A stretch of 64,000 nt of DNA from a virus (taxonomy: Duplodnaviria > Heunggongvirae > Uroviricota > Caudoviricetes): the IMG/VR virus record IMGVR_UViG_3300042691_010651; one strand, given 5' to 3'. A program made the translations under genes and the position numbers. Below, in pieces: positions 17,502 through 28,252 of the stretch (positions are counted from its first letter, which is position 1; the number at the start of each line of letters is the position of its first letter). The notes under the pieces are model-generated. The model saw nothing but the letters and a program-made list of their open reading frames with translations, had not been told where the DNA came from and searched no databases.

Positions 17502-18998
17502 ATGAGAAACTTTCAGTATCAAGTAAAAGAACAAGTATTTGATTCTAAAAGTATGTTGGATGAACTCAACTTTTACCACCAAAATCACGGTAAGGTATCG
17601 GAGTTGACTAATAAACTAACATATATTTTAGGAGACTATGCTAGTAAGTACCCTATCTCTATGATGACGATGGGAAACTTAGCTAGTAGCAATTCATCAA
17701 AGGAAATTGAAGATGTTCAATTTACCTACCCAGTAATGGGTCGTACAGATAAAGCTAGTGCAATTAGCTCTAATCTTTACAGCGCAAATGACCAACCTGG
17801 AATTGGTAACTCTTTATTCAAGTTACGTTTCAATGACAACTGGATTAAGCGTTATTACATTATCGAATCTGCTCGTGGTATACAAGCATATGTAACTGAT
17901 GATCCAATTCAGTTAGGTGATGAGTGGGAATATACAGTTCAGCTCGATCCAGCAGAAGCTACTGATTTCTGTCCTTTTTCTGAAACATCCGCAGGAACAT
18001 TGTGGGTAGAAGTTAACGTTCAAGTTGCAGAATCTGAATCTAGAGGAACTAGAAGTAAAATGGTAAGCTCTGGTTTGTACAAGAACCAAATGGGCTTTAT
18101 CAGATCATCTTTCGAGTGGGCAGGTAATGCTGTTAACAAGACAATGAATATTTCTGTAAAAAATCCACAAACAGGTAATGAATCTACTGCTTGGATGGAT
18201 TTTGCTATGTGGCAATTTGAAAACAGATACTTAGATGAGTGTGAACATGCTTACTGGTATTCTCGTTATAACAGATTAGCTTCTGGTGAAGTACCTCTTA
18301 AAGATTTAACTACTGGAAAAATTATTCCTCGTGGTTCTGGTTTGCTTGAGCAAATTCAAAATAAGTCTACTTTTGCATCACAATCTTACGTTTCTCTTCA
18401 AAATAAAATTGGAGATGCATTGTTTGGACAAAATGATACAGAAGGTATGAGTATTACACTTCAAGGTGGAACTGGAGCAAGACGCGATCTTGATCGTATG
18501 TTGAAAGCTCAAGGAGTAACTTTCTTGACTGATTTCACTGGAGTTGCTGATAAATTTGTATCAGGTTCTAATAGAGACTTGATGTTAGGTGGATTCTTTA
18601 CTGGTTTCTATCATATTGATGGATATACCATTAAGTTCAAGTACAATCCTATCTTTGATAAAGGTAAGATTGCATCTAAATCTCCTCTTCATCCTGAATC
18701 AGGTTTACCACTTGAGTCTCATAGAATGGTATTTATTGATGATAACGATTATGATGGTCAACCTAACATTACTCACGTTTCTCAAAAAGGACGTAGTTTC
18801 CGTCACGGAATTGTAGGTGGATTGTCAGAAGCTCCTAAGTCAATTCAGATCATGAATAATGGTGGTAGCATGGAAAGTCAAGTAGCTGTTATGGCTAATG
18901 AAGTAGATAAGAGTGCATATCACAGGTTTAAATCAGCAGGTATTCAAATGCTTCGTGCAAGCAAATGCTTTGACTTGCAATGTATTGCAGGTCTATAA
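17502..18998 (+). CDS. major capsid protein (candidate)
   Basis: 498 aa. GC-shifted, codon-optimised composition. Follows the scaffold-like gene. A strong terminator follows directly. Confidence 0.5.
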   Translation: MRNFQYQVKEQVFDSKSMLDELNFYHQNHGKVSELTNKLTYILGDYASKYPISMMTMGNLASSNSSKEIEDVQFTYPVMGRTDKASAISSNLYSANDQPGIGNSLFKLRFNDNWIKRYYIIESARGIQAYVTDDPIQLGDEWEYTVQLDPAEATDFCPFSETSAGTLWVEVNVQVAESESRGTRSKMVSSGLYKNQMGFIRSSFEWAGNAVNKTMNISVKNPQTGNESTAWMDFAMWQFENRYLDECEHAYWYSRYNRLASGEVPLKDLTTGKIIPRGSGLLEQIQNKSTFASQSYVSLQNKIGDALFGQNDTEGMSITLQGGTGARRDLDRMLKAQGVTFLTDFTGVADKFVSGSNRDLMLGGFFTGFYHIDGYTIKFKYNPIFDKGKIASKSPLHPESGLPLESHRMVFIDDNDYDGQPNITHVSQKGRSFRHGIVGGLSEAPKSIQIMNNGGSMESQVAVMANEVDKSAYHRFKSAGIQMLRASKCFDLQCIAGL

Positions 18999-19008
18999 TA
19001 AACTAACA

Positions 19009-19043
19009 AGTAGAGGAGGTAAAATCTCCTCTACTTATTTTTA
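19009..19043 (+). terminator. rho-independent terminator after the capsid candidate
   Basis: AGTAGAGGAG-GTAAAAT-CTCCTCTACT 10-bp stem followed by TATTTTT. Confidence 0.8.
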
Positions 19044-19072
19044 ATTAAAACTAAATCAAACTAAACTAAACA

Positions 19073-20050
19073 ATGGAAAAGATAGTATATTTAAAAAGAG
19101 CAACACCTTTTGTTCATGAAGCTATGAACTCAGAGGCTATGCAAGAGCAATTAGCTCTAAGTCAAAGAAGTATTGGTAGTTATCTTACTAGTAAGACAAA
19201 TAAAAGACCAGCAACAGGATTAACTCCAGCAGAAGAAAGTATATTACTTCCTATTTTATTAGAAGTAAGTGAAAGTAATGCAACAGAATACAATAAAGCA
19301 AAGTTTGATTACTTTAATGATATTGTAACTAAAATTCCTGGAGGTAAAGTAGGCTTACCTTTAAATATTGGTTTACGAGATAATACTAAACCAGTATGTT
19401 CAAAAATTAAAGTTAAACAAGTAACATCAGAAGGTATTGAAACTGAAATAGAGGTAATTAATTTACCTGATAATATAGAACAGTATGTAAGATATAGACA
19501 TGCTATTAACTTTCCAGATACTGCAAAATCAACAGAAGAAGCTATTGGAAATTCTTTAATTCAGTATTATATAGAAGATCCTGCTAGAGTTATTCAAAAT
19601 AACTTTAAGGAACTTGAAATTAAAGATAATGCTTGGACTGAATATGTTAAAGCTAAATCTGATCCTGATAGAGTAAATATGTTACTTACAGTATTAAAGA
19701 CATATATTAGGAAACAACCTGGAAAACCTCCACTTAATATCAATAATCTTGGAGTTGAAGAAAAGATTATTGCATTACGTGATCTTGCAACAAATAGACC
19801 AGAGAAATTCTATCAATTTGCTATAGATAAAGACTTAAAAAAGAGATATTTTATTGAAGAATGTTTAGCTGTAAATATATTAACTAGAATAGGCAATACG
19901 TTTGTAGACATTGAAGATAACAATTCAGCTTTAGGTGATACAATTAATGATGTAGTTATGAATCTATGGAATCCTAAAGAAACTTCTAGGTTAAATAGAT
20001 TGAAAGCTAAATATGACGAAAAGAAAGGTAAAAGTAAAGTTCTTGCATAA
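19073..20050 (+). CDS. hypothetical virion or morphogenesis protein (325 aa)
   Basis: ATG start preceded by an AAACTAAACTAAA leader. Confidence 0.55.
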   Translation: MEKIVYLKRATPFVHEAMNSEAMQEQLALSQRSIGSYLTSKTNKRPATGLTPAEESILLPILLEVSESNATEYNKAKFDYFNDIVTKIPGGKVGLPLNIGLRDNTKPVCSKIKVKQVTSEGIETEIEVINLPDNIEQYVRYRHAINFPDTAKSTEEAIGNSLIQYYIEDPARVIQNNFKELEIKDNAWTEYVKAKSDPDRVNMLLTVLKTYIRKQPGKPPLNINNLGVEEKIIALRDLATNRPEKFYQFAIDKDLKKRYFIEECLAVNILTRIGNTFVDIEDNNSALGDTINDVVMNLWNPKETSRLNRLKAKYDEKKGKSKVLA

Positions 20051-21096
20051 TGAATAAACTATCTGTATTAGAGAAACATATTTATGTAAAACAAGGACTT
20101 CAAAGGCAAGGAGCACAAAAGAAAGATAAACAATTGCCTCAAGCAATTGATATAGCTTTAAATAAAGCACAATCTAGAATTATCAAAGATAGATTGTTTC
20201 CTGATCCTGATGGAGTTCCTTTTAAGTTTCAGATAAATCAAAAACATGTTTCTGATATACAGAGTATTATAATATTTAATAAACAACTTACTGTTTTTAA
20301 AGATGGAAATAAATCATACGGTGTACTACCGTATGATTTTTCTTATCTTGTAAGTGATACATCTAATGTAATTGAAGATTGTAAAGATGAGTTTGCAGAT
20401 TCTAGTGAAAGTAAAACAGAAAGAATATTTATTGTACCTTTTGTTTCAACTAAAACACCTCCTGCTCCTTATTATACTAATATAAAAGTAAAAGTATTAG
20501 CAACAGAAAGAGTTCTAACTTTTACAGGTTATCAAACCAAAGAAGAAAATGTATCTATTATAAGTAACATTATTAATGAATATAGAATCTTAGGTGTTGA
20601 TGCTTATTGGGAAGAATATAAAGATGTTTACAAACCTAATTGTTTCTTAATTCCATCTCTAGATGTTAATAAAACAGTTAATCTAAATATAGATGATGTA
20701 GGTTATCAAACTATATTATATGAAGATAAAACTGTTAATACTTTTAAATCAGGATTAACAACTATTAATGAAGTATTAAATAGAGATGTAAAAGCTGATT
20801 TTCTATTATCAGCAAATCAATCTTTTTATAATAAAAGTATTCCTATTTCTCCACTCGCCAGCGTTCAAAATGACAGAATTTTAGTGTTAGGAACAGAAAG
20901 ATTCCTAGTTAATCAGATTGCCATAAATTACATTAGGACACCTAGAAAAATAAGTTTAGCTTTGAATCAAAGTTCGGAACTAAATGGATCGGTACATGAA
21001 GAAATATGTGATTTAGCAATACAGTTGTTAAAGAAGCAAATAGAAGATGAATCATATGTTAAAGAAGTACAAGATAATAAAGGAAGAATAGAATAA
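20050..21096 (+). CDS. hypothetical virion protein (348 aa)
   Basis: ATG overlapping the previous stop. Confidence 0.55.
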   Translation: MNKLSVLEKHIYVKQGLQRQGAQKKDKQLPQAIDIALNKAQSRIIKDRLFPDPDGVPFKFQINQKHVSDIQSIIIFNKQLTVFKDGNKSYGVLPYDFSYLVSDTSNVIEDCKDEFADSSESKTERIFIVPFVSTKTPPAPYYTNIKVKVLATERVLTFTGYQTKEENVSIISNIINEYRILGVDAYWEEYKDVYKPNCFLIPSLDVNKTVNLNIDDVGYQTILYEDKTVNTFKSGLTTINEVLNRDVKADFLLSANQSFYNKSIPISPLASVQNDRILVLGTERFLVNQIAINYIRTPRKISLALNQSSELNGSVHEEICDLAIQLLKKQIEDESYVKEVQDNKGRIE

Positions 21097-21128
21097 AAAT
21101 ATTGTAAACATTAAAAACTTAAAATAAT

Positions 21129-22364
21129 ATGCCAGTAAAAAAATTTACACGATACACAAAAGGTCGAAATCAACAAGTTTTCGTACCTAGAGCTGTAGCT
21201 ATTTCAGATGATGCAACACTTGCATTATTTATAGCTAACTCTCTAGTAGGAGAAATTGGAGTTTATGATGGTAATAATGCACGACATATAGATGCAATTA
21301 CTGCTAACGAGCAATTTTTTATTGTACAAAAAAGATCAGATGGTAGTATTCGTAAAACTACTCCTGAACTTTGGTCTACTGTATCAGTAAGACGTAAGTC
21401 TTATGTAGCACCTATTAAAGCTGTAGGATCAATTGGATGGTCTGGAACAGTTGGTAACTTAAACGTTGCAACACCAGCAGCAGGACAAATTTATGAAATT
21501 GCTATCATTGAAACTACAGAAGGTAATCAACCTTTCCCTACTTGGAATTTTGAATATAGACTTGTAACTGGAGATACTCAAGTTACTGCTATTTCTCAAT
21601 TAGCAAAGCAAGTAAATGATTTAACTTCTGTTCAATATAGAAATAATAAACCACTTGTTACTGCTAAAGTTAAAGTAAACGGTACTTATGCTGCTATGAC
21701 TTTAACTGGAACTAGTCCTACTCTTACAGCAACTAGAGGATCAAATATACTTACTTTAGGTGGTGGTAGTCCTGTATCAAGTGCAATAGTTGGAGATTTA
21801 ATGTCTATTGATGCAGCAGCAGCACCTACAAACTTAGTTGGTGATGTTTATGTTGTAACAGCAGTATCAGCAGGTGTTTCAATAACTTTAGATAGACCTT
21901 ATCAAGGAGCAACTCAAACATTTACACAAGCAGAAGCTCAAGGTACTCGTATTAACAGAATTACCGCAGTTGTAACAGGAGGTCTTGAATTTACTGCAAT
22001 CAATAATGATGAACATTTCAGAATTATTGATCGTCAAGGTCTTGCTAATGCAACTCAACAAAACATGACTGCTTATACAAAAGGTAATGGAGTTGGACAA
22101 AGCATTGCTGAACTTGAAAAAGAAGGTAATACTTATACTGGTTTAACTGCTGGTAATACTCAATTTGGTAACTCTGCTTTTGGTGTAGAAGATTTGTTTG
22201 CAGTAGAAACTGATACTTATGATACTTTCAATATCGAAGTAAATCAGTTTGTTAATCAAACTGGTGATTCTACTTCTGATAGAGCTAAAGAATTTATTAC
22301 TATTGCAGCACCTAGATCAGCAGGTGGTTTAACTGCTTCACTAAACACATTGTTTGGAACATAG
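21129..22364 (+). CDS. abundant beta-rich virion protein (candidate capsid-associated, decoration or tail component)
   Basis: 411 aa, rich in Thr/Gly/Ala/Val. GC-shifted codon use like the capsid gene. Bounded by a strong terminator. Confidence 0.55.
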   Translation: MPVKKFTRYTKGRNQQVFVPRAVAISDDATLALFIANSLVGEIGVYDGNNARHIDAITANEQFFIVQKRSDGSIRKTTPELWSTVSVRRKSYVAPIKAVGSIGWSGTVGNLNVATPAAGQIYEIAIIETTEGNQPFPTWNFEYRLVTGDTQVTAISQLAKQVNDLTSVQYRNNKPLVTAKVKVNGTYAAMTLTGTSPTLTATRGSNILTLGGGSPVSSAIVGDLMSIDAAAAPTNLVGDVYVVTAVSAGVSITLDRPYQGATQTFTQAEAQGTRINRITAVVTGGLEFTAINNDEHFRIIDRQGLANATQQNMTAYTKGNGVGQSIAELEKEGNTYTGLTAGNTQFGNSAFGVEDLFAVETDTYDTFNIEVNQFVNQTGDSTSDRAKEFITIAAPRSAGGLTASLNTLFGT

Positions 22365-22390
22365 TAGTTAGTTTAAATATACAGGTCAGA

Positions 22391-22421
22391 AAAGGAGGAG
22401 AGGAAATTCTCCTCCTTTTTA
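22391..22421 (+). terminator. rho-independent terminator
   Basis: AGGAGGAG-AGGAAATT-CTCCTCCT stem followed by TTTTAC. Confidence 0.8.
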
Positions 22422-22437
22422 CTTTAAAACTACTTAT

Positions 22438-23094
22438 ATGTTACTATCTCAAATAGCTGAAATTCTAGCTGAACGTTCTGGTAAACAATTCACAATTCCT
22501 TTTAGGATTATGTGTGAAGATTTAATTGTTATACATAGAGCAAGAATGTTAAGTAATACTTTATCTAAAAATCCTGCACAAAAGAAATATTATTCTCAAT
22601 CAATAATTATTGATTTAGAAGAAGTTAGTAAAGAAGAATGTGAAGAACTAGCAGAATGTAATTGTGAAAATGTTCTAAGAACAGTAAAGGAAATACCTCA
22701 AGTCTTAAAAATAGGAGTTAATCCTTTTGATTATTTTGGTTCTGTAGGAGGTAGTCAAGCATATGGATGGACTACATTTGCAGCAGAACAATATATGCAG
22801 ACAAGTAAAGTTGTTGGTAAAAGAACAAGATATACAATGCTTAATAATAGAGGGTATATCTTTGGAGAAAAAAATATAGAAAAAATAAGAATTGAAGATG
22901 TTTGGTCTGATCCAAGAAAATTAGCTACTTTTACTTGTTCAGCAACTGATAATGTACCTTGTTATACTGCAACGTCTGATTTTATTCAAGATGAAGCTCT
23001 TACTCAATTAGTAATAGAAAGTATAATGACTAAAGAATTTAGGATGCAGACAGAGAAAGAAAAGATAGAAATAAAAGAAGATAAGAATGTTTAA
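22438..23094 (+). CDS. hypothetical virion protein (218 aa)
   Basis: ATG start. Confidence 0.55.
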   Translation: MLLSQIAEILAERSGKQFTIPFRIMCEDLIVIHRARMLSNTLSKNPAQKKYYSQSIIIDLEEVSKEECEELAECNCENVLRTVKEIPQVLKIGVNPFDYFGSVGGSQAYGWTTFAAEQYMQTSKVVGKRTRYTMLNNRGYIFGEKNIEKIRIEDVWSDPRKLATFTCSATDNVPCYTATSDFIQDEALTQLVIESIMTKEFRMQTEKEKIEIKEDKNV

Positions 23095-23665
23095 AGTATC
23101 TACTACTCCAAAAACATTATCAGTAAGACATTCATATATTGAATATGCTAAAAATTTACTTGAAGAAAATACTTCATTAACTGGTAAAAGGGCATATACT
23201 TTAAAATTTGGACAGATATGTAATGAAGATGGTAGTATATACATAGACTATAAATTATATAAAAAAATACTATCTTTATATTTTATAAAAGCAGGAGTTA
23301 AATTAATAAATGGACATAACTTTAATCTTGGAAGTGGATTAGGTTATTTATTTATAATGAGACAAGGTAGAAATCCTGCAAATAAACCTAGATTAAACAA
23401 AGGTGAAAGTTTTAAATATAAGAAAGATTTAGAAGCTGCTGGAAAAGAAGTTACTAAAGATAATTGGAAAATATATTATACAGATGAAGAATTTGTAAGA
23501 ACTAATTGGTCTAAAGTAACATATACAAGTAACATATTATTTTATAAATTTTCTCCTGCTAATGGACAACCCGGAAAAGGTTTTAAACAATTAATGTCAA
23601 AGACAATAGCTGGTAATCCTAGTCTATTAGCTTTATATCCTTATATACCTTATAAAGAAAAGTAA
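23087..23665 (+). CDS. hypothetical virion protein (192 aa)
   Basis: ATG start overlapping the previous gene by 8 nt. Confidence 0.55.
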   Translation: MFKVSTTPKTLSVRHSYIEYAKNLLEENTSLTGKRAYTLKFGQICNEDGSIYIDYKLYKKILSLYFIKAGVKLINGHNFNLGSGLGYLFIMRQGRNPANKPRLNKGESFKYKKDLEAAGKEVTKDNWKIYYTDEEFVRTNWSKVTYTSNILFYKFSPANGQPGKGFKQLMSKTIAGNPSLLALYPYIPYKEK

Positions 23666-23666
23666 C

Positions 23667-24458
23667 ATGGCAGTATATAAAACAACATCTATAAAACCAT
23701 TAATAGCAAGAGTTATTCGTAATACTCGTATTATTGATATGACTTATGCTGATGATATAATGGAATGGATAGGTGAAGCTTTAGATAGATGCATGATTAG
23801 ATCAAGACTTGAAAAGACATATAAAGTACTTACTATATCAAATCATTCTGCAAAACTTCCATGTGGATTAGTTAGTTTATCTGGAGTAATATATAACGGA
23901 AGAAGATTGAGAAAAGGAACATCAAGTATAGATGTTAGAATACAAAAAGTTCCAATATCTGAACTAAAAAGTTATTTTGTAACTGATACTGAAATACAAG
24001 CAGAAGATATTAATTCTCAAAATATAAATCTATTAAGAGGAGGAAATATAGTAAAAGTAGATAGTACTGAATTACAAGATAACTTTTATGATTTAAGTTA
24101 TAACTATATTAAAACTTCATTTAAAGAAGGACAAATAATTGTTTGTTATAAAGTAGCACCTATTGATAGTGAAGGTTATCCTATAGCTCCTGATCTTGAA
24201 GAATTAAGAGAAGGAGTATTTTGGTATGTATGTAGTAAATTAGTATTTACTGGATATAAACTTCCTAATAGTGATATGACATATGCATATTGTGATGCTC
24301 AAGCAACTAAATTCTTTAGAAAAGCAAAGAATATAATTAAAGCAGAATCAACTGATGAAAAAGAAAATCAAGTACAATTAAGAAATAATTTAATACCTCC
24401 TGATAACTATTACGAATCATTTTTTACTGGTGGAGAACAACGTAAATTTGTAAGATAA
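23667..24458 (+). CDS. hypothetical virion protein (263 aa)
   Basis: ATG start. Confidence 0.55.
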   Translation: MAVYKTTSIKPLIARVIRNTRIIDMTYADDIMEWIGEALDRCMIRSRLEKTYKVLTISNHSAKLPCGLVSLSGVIYNGRRLRKGTSSIDVRIQKVPISELKSYFVTDTEIQAEDINSQNINLLRGGNIVKVDSTELQDNFYDLSYNYIKTSFKEGQIIVCYKVAPIDSEGYPIAPDLEELREGVFWYVCSKLVFTGYKLPNSDMTYAYCDAQATKFFRKAKNIIKAESTDEKENQVQLRNNLIPPDNYYESFFTGGEQRKFVR

Positions 24459-27400
24459 TGAATTTAAAAGGAATAAATCAAAACGTTAATCCAGAAAGTA
24501 TTCCTGATGGTTTTATCTATTGGGCAAAAAATGGTGTTAATGGTAGAAAGTATGATACGGCTTTAAATGAAAAAGGTAATGCAATAGAAATTGCACTAAC
24601 TTCTTTAAATATTCAATTTAAAAATGGAGTATGTGTATTAGGTAATAAGATTATTCTATTTTATAAATCAAATACAAATAAAGATTGTATAGCTGTAATT
24701 GATGAAATTACAAAAACATTTTCTTTAAAGTTAGAAAGAACTGATTTTAATTTTAATATAAATAAACCTATAACAGCAGAAGCTAAATTAAATTCTAAAA
24801 ATGAATTAATTGTTACTTTTGTAGATGGTCTTAATACTGATAAATATGTAAATTTAGATACAGTTAATATTAGTGATCCTTTAAATTTTTATAATTTATT
24901 TCCTACTATAAATAATACAACTGATATTCAATTAGAAACTTTAGAATCTGGTTCTGTAACAACAGGTGCATATTTTGTAACATTTCAATATATATCAAAA
25001 GATCAAAGTAGAACAAGTTTTACTACTATAAGTAATCCTATTTATATAACTAATTTTGATATTACTCAACATCCTTTTACTAGTAAAGGTGTAAATTCTA
25101 ATCAAAGTTCTAATAAATCAATAAAAATTACTTTAGTTAATTTAGATACTTCTTATAGTAAAATTGCAATCGCTGTTATATCAAAAATAAATGGTATTAT
25201 ATCTTCTAGAATAATAAAAGAAGTAGATATAACAAGTTCAACTCTTTTTACAGTTTATAATGGTACAGAATCTTTAAATACTGTTACTATAGGTGAATTA
25301 GTTACAAAAAATATAATATATAAATCTTCTAAACATATAAAATCATTAAATAATCAATTGTTCCTTGCAGAACTAAAATCTCCAATAATTGAAAATTTCC
25401 AATCAATAGCAAATCAAACAATTATAAAATGGAGAAGTAAATTAGCTTTTAATAATGATTTAGAAACAGGCTTATTATCAAATTCAAAATATAAAACTGG
25501 AAACAAAAAAACTTTTGTTCATGATGAAGTTGTAGCTTTTTATATACAATTTGAATTATTAGATAATGGATCATTTACTGAATGGTATCATATTCCCGGA
25601 AGGCAATCATTAACAGGTGAAACTAATTTTTCTACTTTACCAACAGGAGGATTATTAATATCAGCAAGAACTCCTAAAAAATTTGAAATAGAAGATACTT
25701 GTATATTTGATGGAGATACTAGTATTCCTTTTGAAAGAAAAGGTACTATGGGATATTGGGAAAATGAAAATGAAACATACCCTGCAAGTTTTCCTGATTT
25801 TCCTAATCAAAAAGTAAGGCATCATAAATTTCCTAGCATAAGATATATGTATGAAAATGTCTGGGGAACACAAACAACTTTTGGAACTAAAAATTATGGA
25901 ATAGATCAGTTAGATAATTTAGATATTATAGTTAAAAATGATGCTTATGATGAAACTAAAATAAAAGGATATAGAATAGGTTATGCAAAAAAGAATCTCT
26001 CTGATATAATAGTTTTAGGTACAGGATTAACTAAATTTTCAGCAAATGGAAATAATGGTTCAGGTACAGATTTACCACTTATAAATGCTGGAGGAAATGT
26101 ATTTAATGATTGTATTGATGAAGGAGGAGGAGGTGGTGATAATATTGTAACTAATAAAAATTATTTAAGATTTAATAGTTTTGATATATGGCAAGATAGA
26201 CCTAATATTCAATCTTGCTATTTAAAAAATCATATTAAATATAGATTAAATAAATTAGTTCCTGATGATAAAAATACAATTGCTGGTGGTAGTTATGGAT
26301 TAATTGCAGAAGGAAATAATGATTTAAATTTAGTTGCTTATTCATTTAATTATACTTCAATAGGATTAACTACAGGAACTCCCCCTATAAGAGGAACAAC
26401 TTCTTCTAATGTAGGTTCCTCAGATATAATAAGAAGATTATCAGATCAAACATATGTACCTAATAATATTAGAGCGCAAGTAGGAAGTAATATAGTTGAT
26501 AATAGAGGATCAGAAGAAACAATACATGCAAAAATAGAAGGAAGTAATTTAAATGTTGATGTAAGTGGTAGATTAGTTACAAAAACAAATGCAAGATTTG
26601 CTGATGCTTCAATGTATGAAGAAAGTTATTTATCTTCTTTAGTATTACCAAAAAGTGATTTTTATATAAGTTATAATAATCAAGAAATAGTATCTAATCC
26701 TATAATAATTAGAAACAAATCATTTAATATTATAAATAATATAGGAGATGGTTTTATAGGAGTAAGTTCTTATGTTTCATTAGCTGGATATGGTTCTGTT
26801 AATTATTTAGATTATAATAAATCTGTAGTAGTATTTAATATTCATTTAACTGTTGGTAGACATAATGTTAATCAAAGATATATAACATTGGGTGATCCAA
26901 GCACATATTTTTTTAGTGATGCTGGATTATTTGGAAAAATTGGATCAGGTAATATATCTAATTACTGGTTTAGTCCTACAATTAGAAAGAGATCAGAAAT
27001 TTTTAATAATTTTCAATATTCTAAGGATTTTAGTTCTGTAACAGATTTAGAAGTATATGGAATATTTAATCCTAATAATATAAATCAAAATGATTATAAA
27101 TTTAGAATAATTAGATCAACACAAGGAAATAAAGAAAATAGTATAGATGATGGATGGAGAACATTTAAACCGTTAGATTATTTTGATACAGTTAGAGATA
27201 AAGGAGATATAATAAATCTTGAAGCTTGGGGAACAGATGCATTATTAATACATCATAAGAGAGCATTATATAAAACAAGAGATAAAGCAGTATTACAAGC
27301 TAATATTATAAATATATCTTTAGGTTCAGAAGATATATTTGAAATAGAACCAAAAGAAGAATCTCCTACAAAGACTGGCACAGGAGGTACTCAACATAAA

Positions 27401-28252
27401 TATAGTTGTTTATTAACTGATTTTGGATATTTATCTGTAGATGAAGAAACTAAAATAGTCTACTTATATGATGGAAAAAATCTTAAAGATTTTGGTGGAG
27501 GTTTAAAAAACTTTTTTAGTGATTATCTTAATTGCAAGAAAGATAATCCTTACAATGATCATGGAATTGTTTTTGCATATCAAAATGAAGAAAGTCGTGT
27601 AATACTTTCTCAAAAAGCTGATATAAATTTTACAGTTTCTTATGATTTAATTAAACAACAATGGGTATATGCACATGATTTTGTACCTGATTTTATGTTT
27701 AATACAAGATCAAATCTTTTTTCTTTTAAAAATAATGATTTATATACTCATGGAGTAGGTGATAGAGGTAGATATTATGGAGTATTGTATCCTTTTTATA
27801 TTGATTTTGTAATTAATAATGATCCTGACTCACAAAAAATTTTAGAAGTAGTAAGTTGGATTACTAAATATAAAAATACTACTACTTCAATTGATCAAAG
27901 AAAAACTATTACTTCTATTACTATTTGGAATGATCAAGGTTGTACTGGAAAAATACCAATTATTACAAATGAAACAGAATCTTTATTTATAGATGTTAAT
28001 GCTAAAGTCGTAGATGAAGTTTGGTCTTTTAATGATATTAATGATAATGTTATTGATCCTTCATTACCAATTGTAGATTCTTTACTTCTAGATAGTCAAG
28101 TTATAGTTTCTAATATTACTACTCCTGTTTGGTATGATTCACAACCATTAAGAGGTAAGTATTTTATTGTGAGGTTAGAATTTGATAATATTGCAAATAA
28201 AGAGTTATATTTACAGAGTTTCAATGCTTCAACCAGAAAATCTAATAGTTAA
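24458..28252 (+). CDS. large Asn/Ser/Thr-rich virion protein (1264 aa): candidate tail, muzzle or adhesin-like structural protein
   Basis: Size and composition. ATGA coupling on both sides. Confidence 0.6.
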   Translation: MNLKGINQNVNPESIPDGFIYWAKNGVNGRKYDTALNEKGNAIEIALTSLNIQFKNGVCVLGNKIILFYKSNTNKDCIAVIDEITKTFSLKLERTDFNFNINKPITAEAKLNSKNELIVTFVDGLNTDKYVNLDTVNISDPLNFYNLFPTINNTTDIQLETLESGSVTTGAYFVTFQYISKDQSRTSFTTISNPIYITNFDITQHPFTSKGVNSNQSSNKSIKITLVNLDTSYSKIAIAVISKINGIISSRIIKEVDITSSTLFTVYNGTESLNTVTIGELVTKNIIYKSSKHIKSLNNQLFLAELKSPIIENFQSIANQTIIKWRSKLAFNNDLETGLLSNSKYKTGNKKTFVHDEVVAFYIQFELLDNGSFTEWYHIPGRQSLTGETNFSTLPTGGLLISARTPKKFEIEDTCIFDGDTSIPFERKGTMGYWENENETYPASFPDFPNQKVRHHKFPSIRYMYENVWGTQTTFGTKNYGIDQLDNLDIIVKNDAYDETKIKGYRIGYAKKNLSDIIVLGTGLTKFSANGNNGSGTDLPLINAGGNVFNDCIDEGGGGGDNIVTNKNYLRFNSFDIWQDRPNIQSCYLKNHIKYRLNKLVPDDKNTIAGGSYGLIAEGNNDLNLVAYSFNYTSIGLTTGTPPIRGTTSSNVGSSDIIRRLSDQTYVPNNIRAQVGSNIVDNRGSEETIHAKIEGSNLNVDVSGRLVTKTNARFADASMYEESYLSSLVLPKSDFYISYNNQEIVSNPIIIRNKSFNIINNIGDGFIGVSSYVSLAGYGSVNYLDYNKSVVVFNIHLTVGRHNVNQRYITLGDPSTYFFSDAGLFGKIGSGNISNYWFSPTIRKRSEIFNNFQYSKDFSSVTDLEVYGIFNPNNINQNDYKFRIIRSTQGNKENSIDDGWRTFKPLDYFDTVRDKGDIINLEAWGTDALLIHHKRALYKTRDKAVLQANIINISLGSEDIFEIEPKEESPTKTGTGGTQHKYSCLLTDFGYLSVDEETKIVYLYDGKNLKDFGGGLKNFFSDYLNCKKDNPYNDHGIVFAYQNEESRVILSQKADINFTVSYDLIKQQWVYAHDFVPDFMFNTRSNLFSFKNNDLYTHGVGDRGRYYGVLYPFYIDFVINNDPDSQKILEVVSWITKYKNTTTSIDQRKTITSITIWNDQGCTGKIPIITNETESLFIDVNAKVVDEVWSFNDINDNVIDPSLPIVDSLLLDSQVIVSNITTPVWYDSQPLRGKYFIVRLEFDNIANKELYLQSFNASTRKSNS

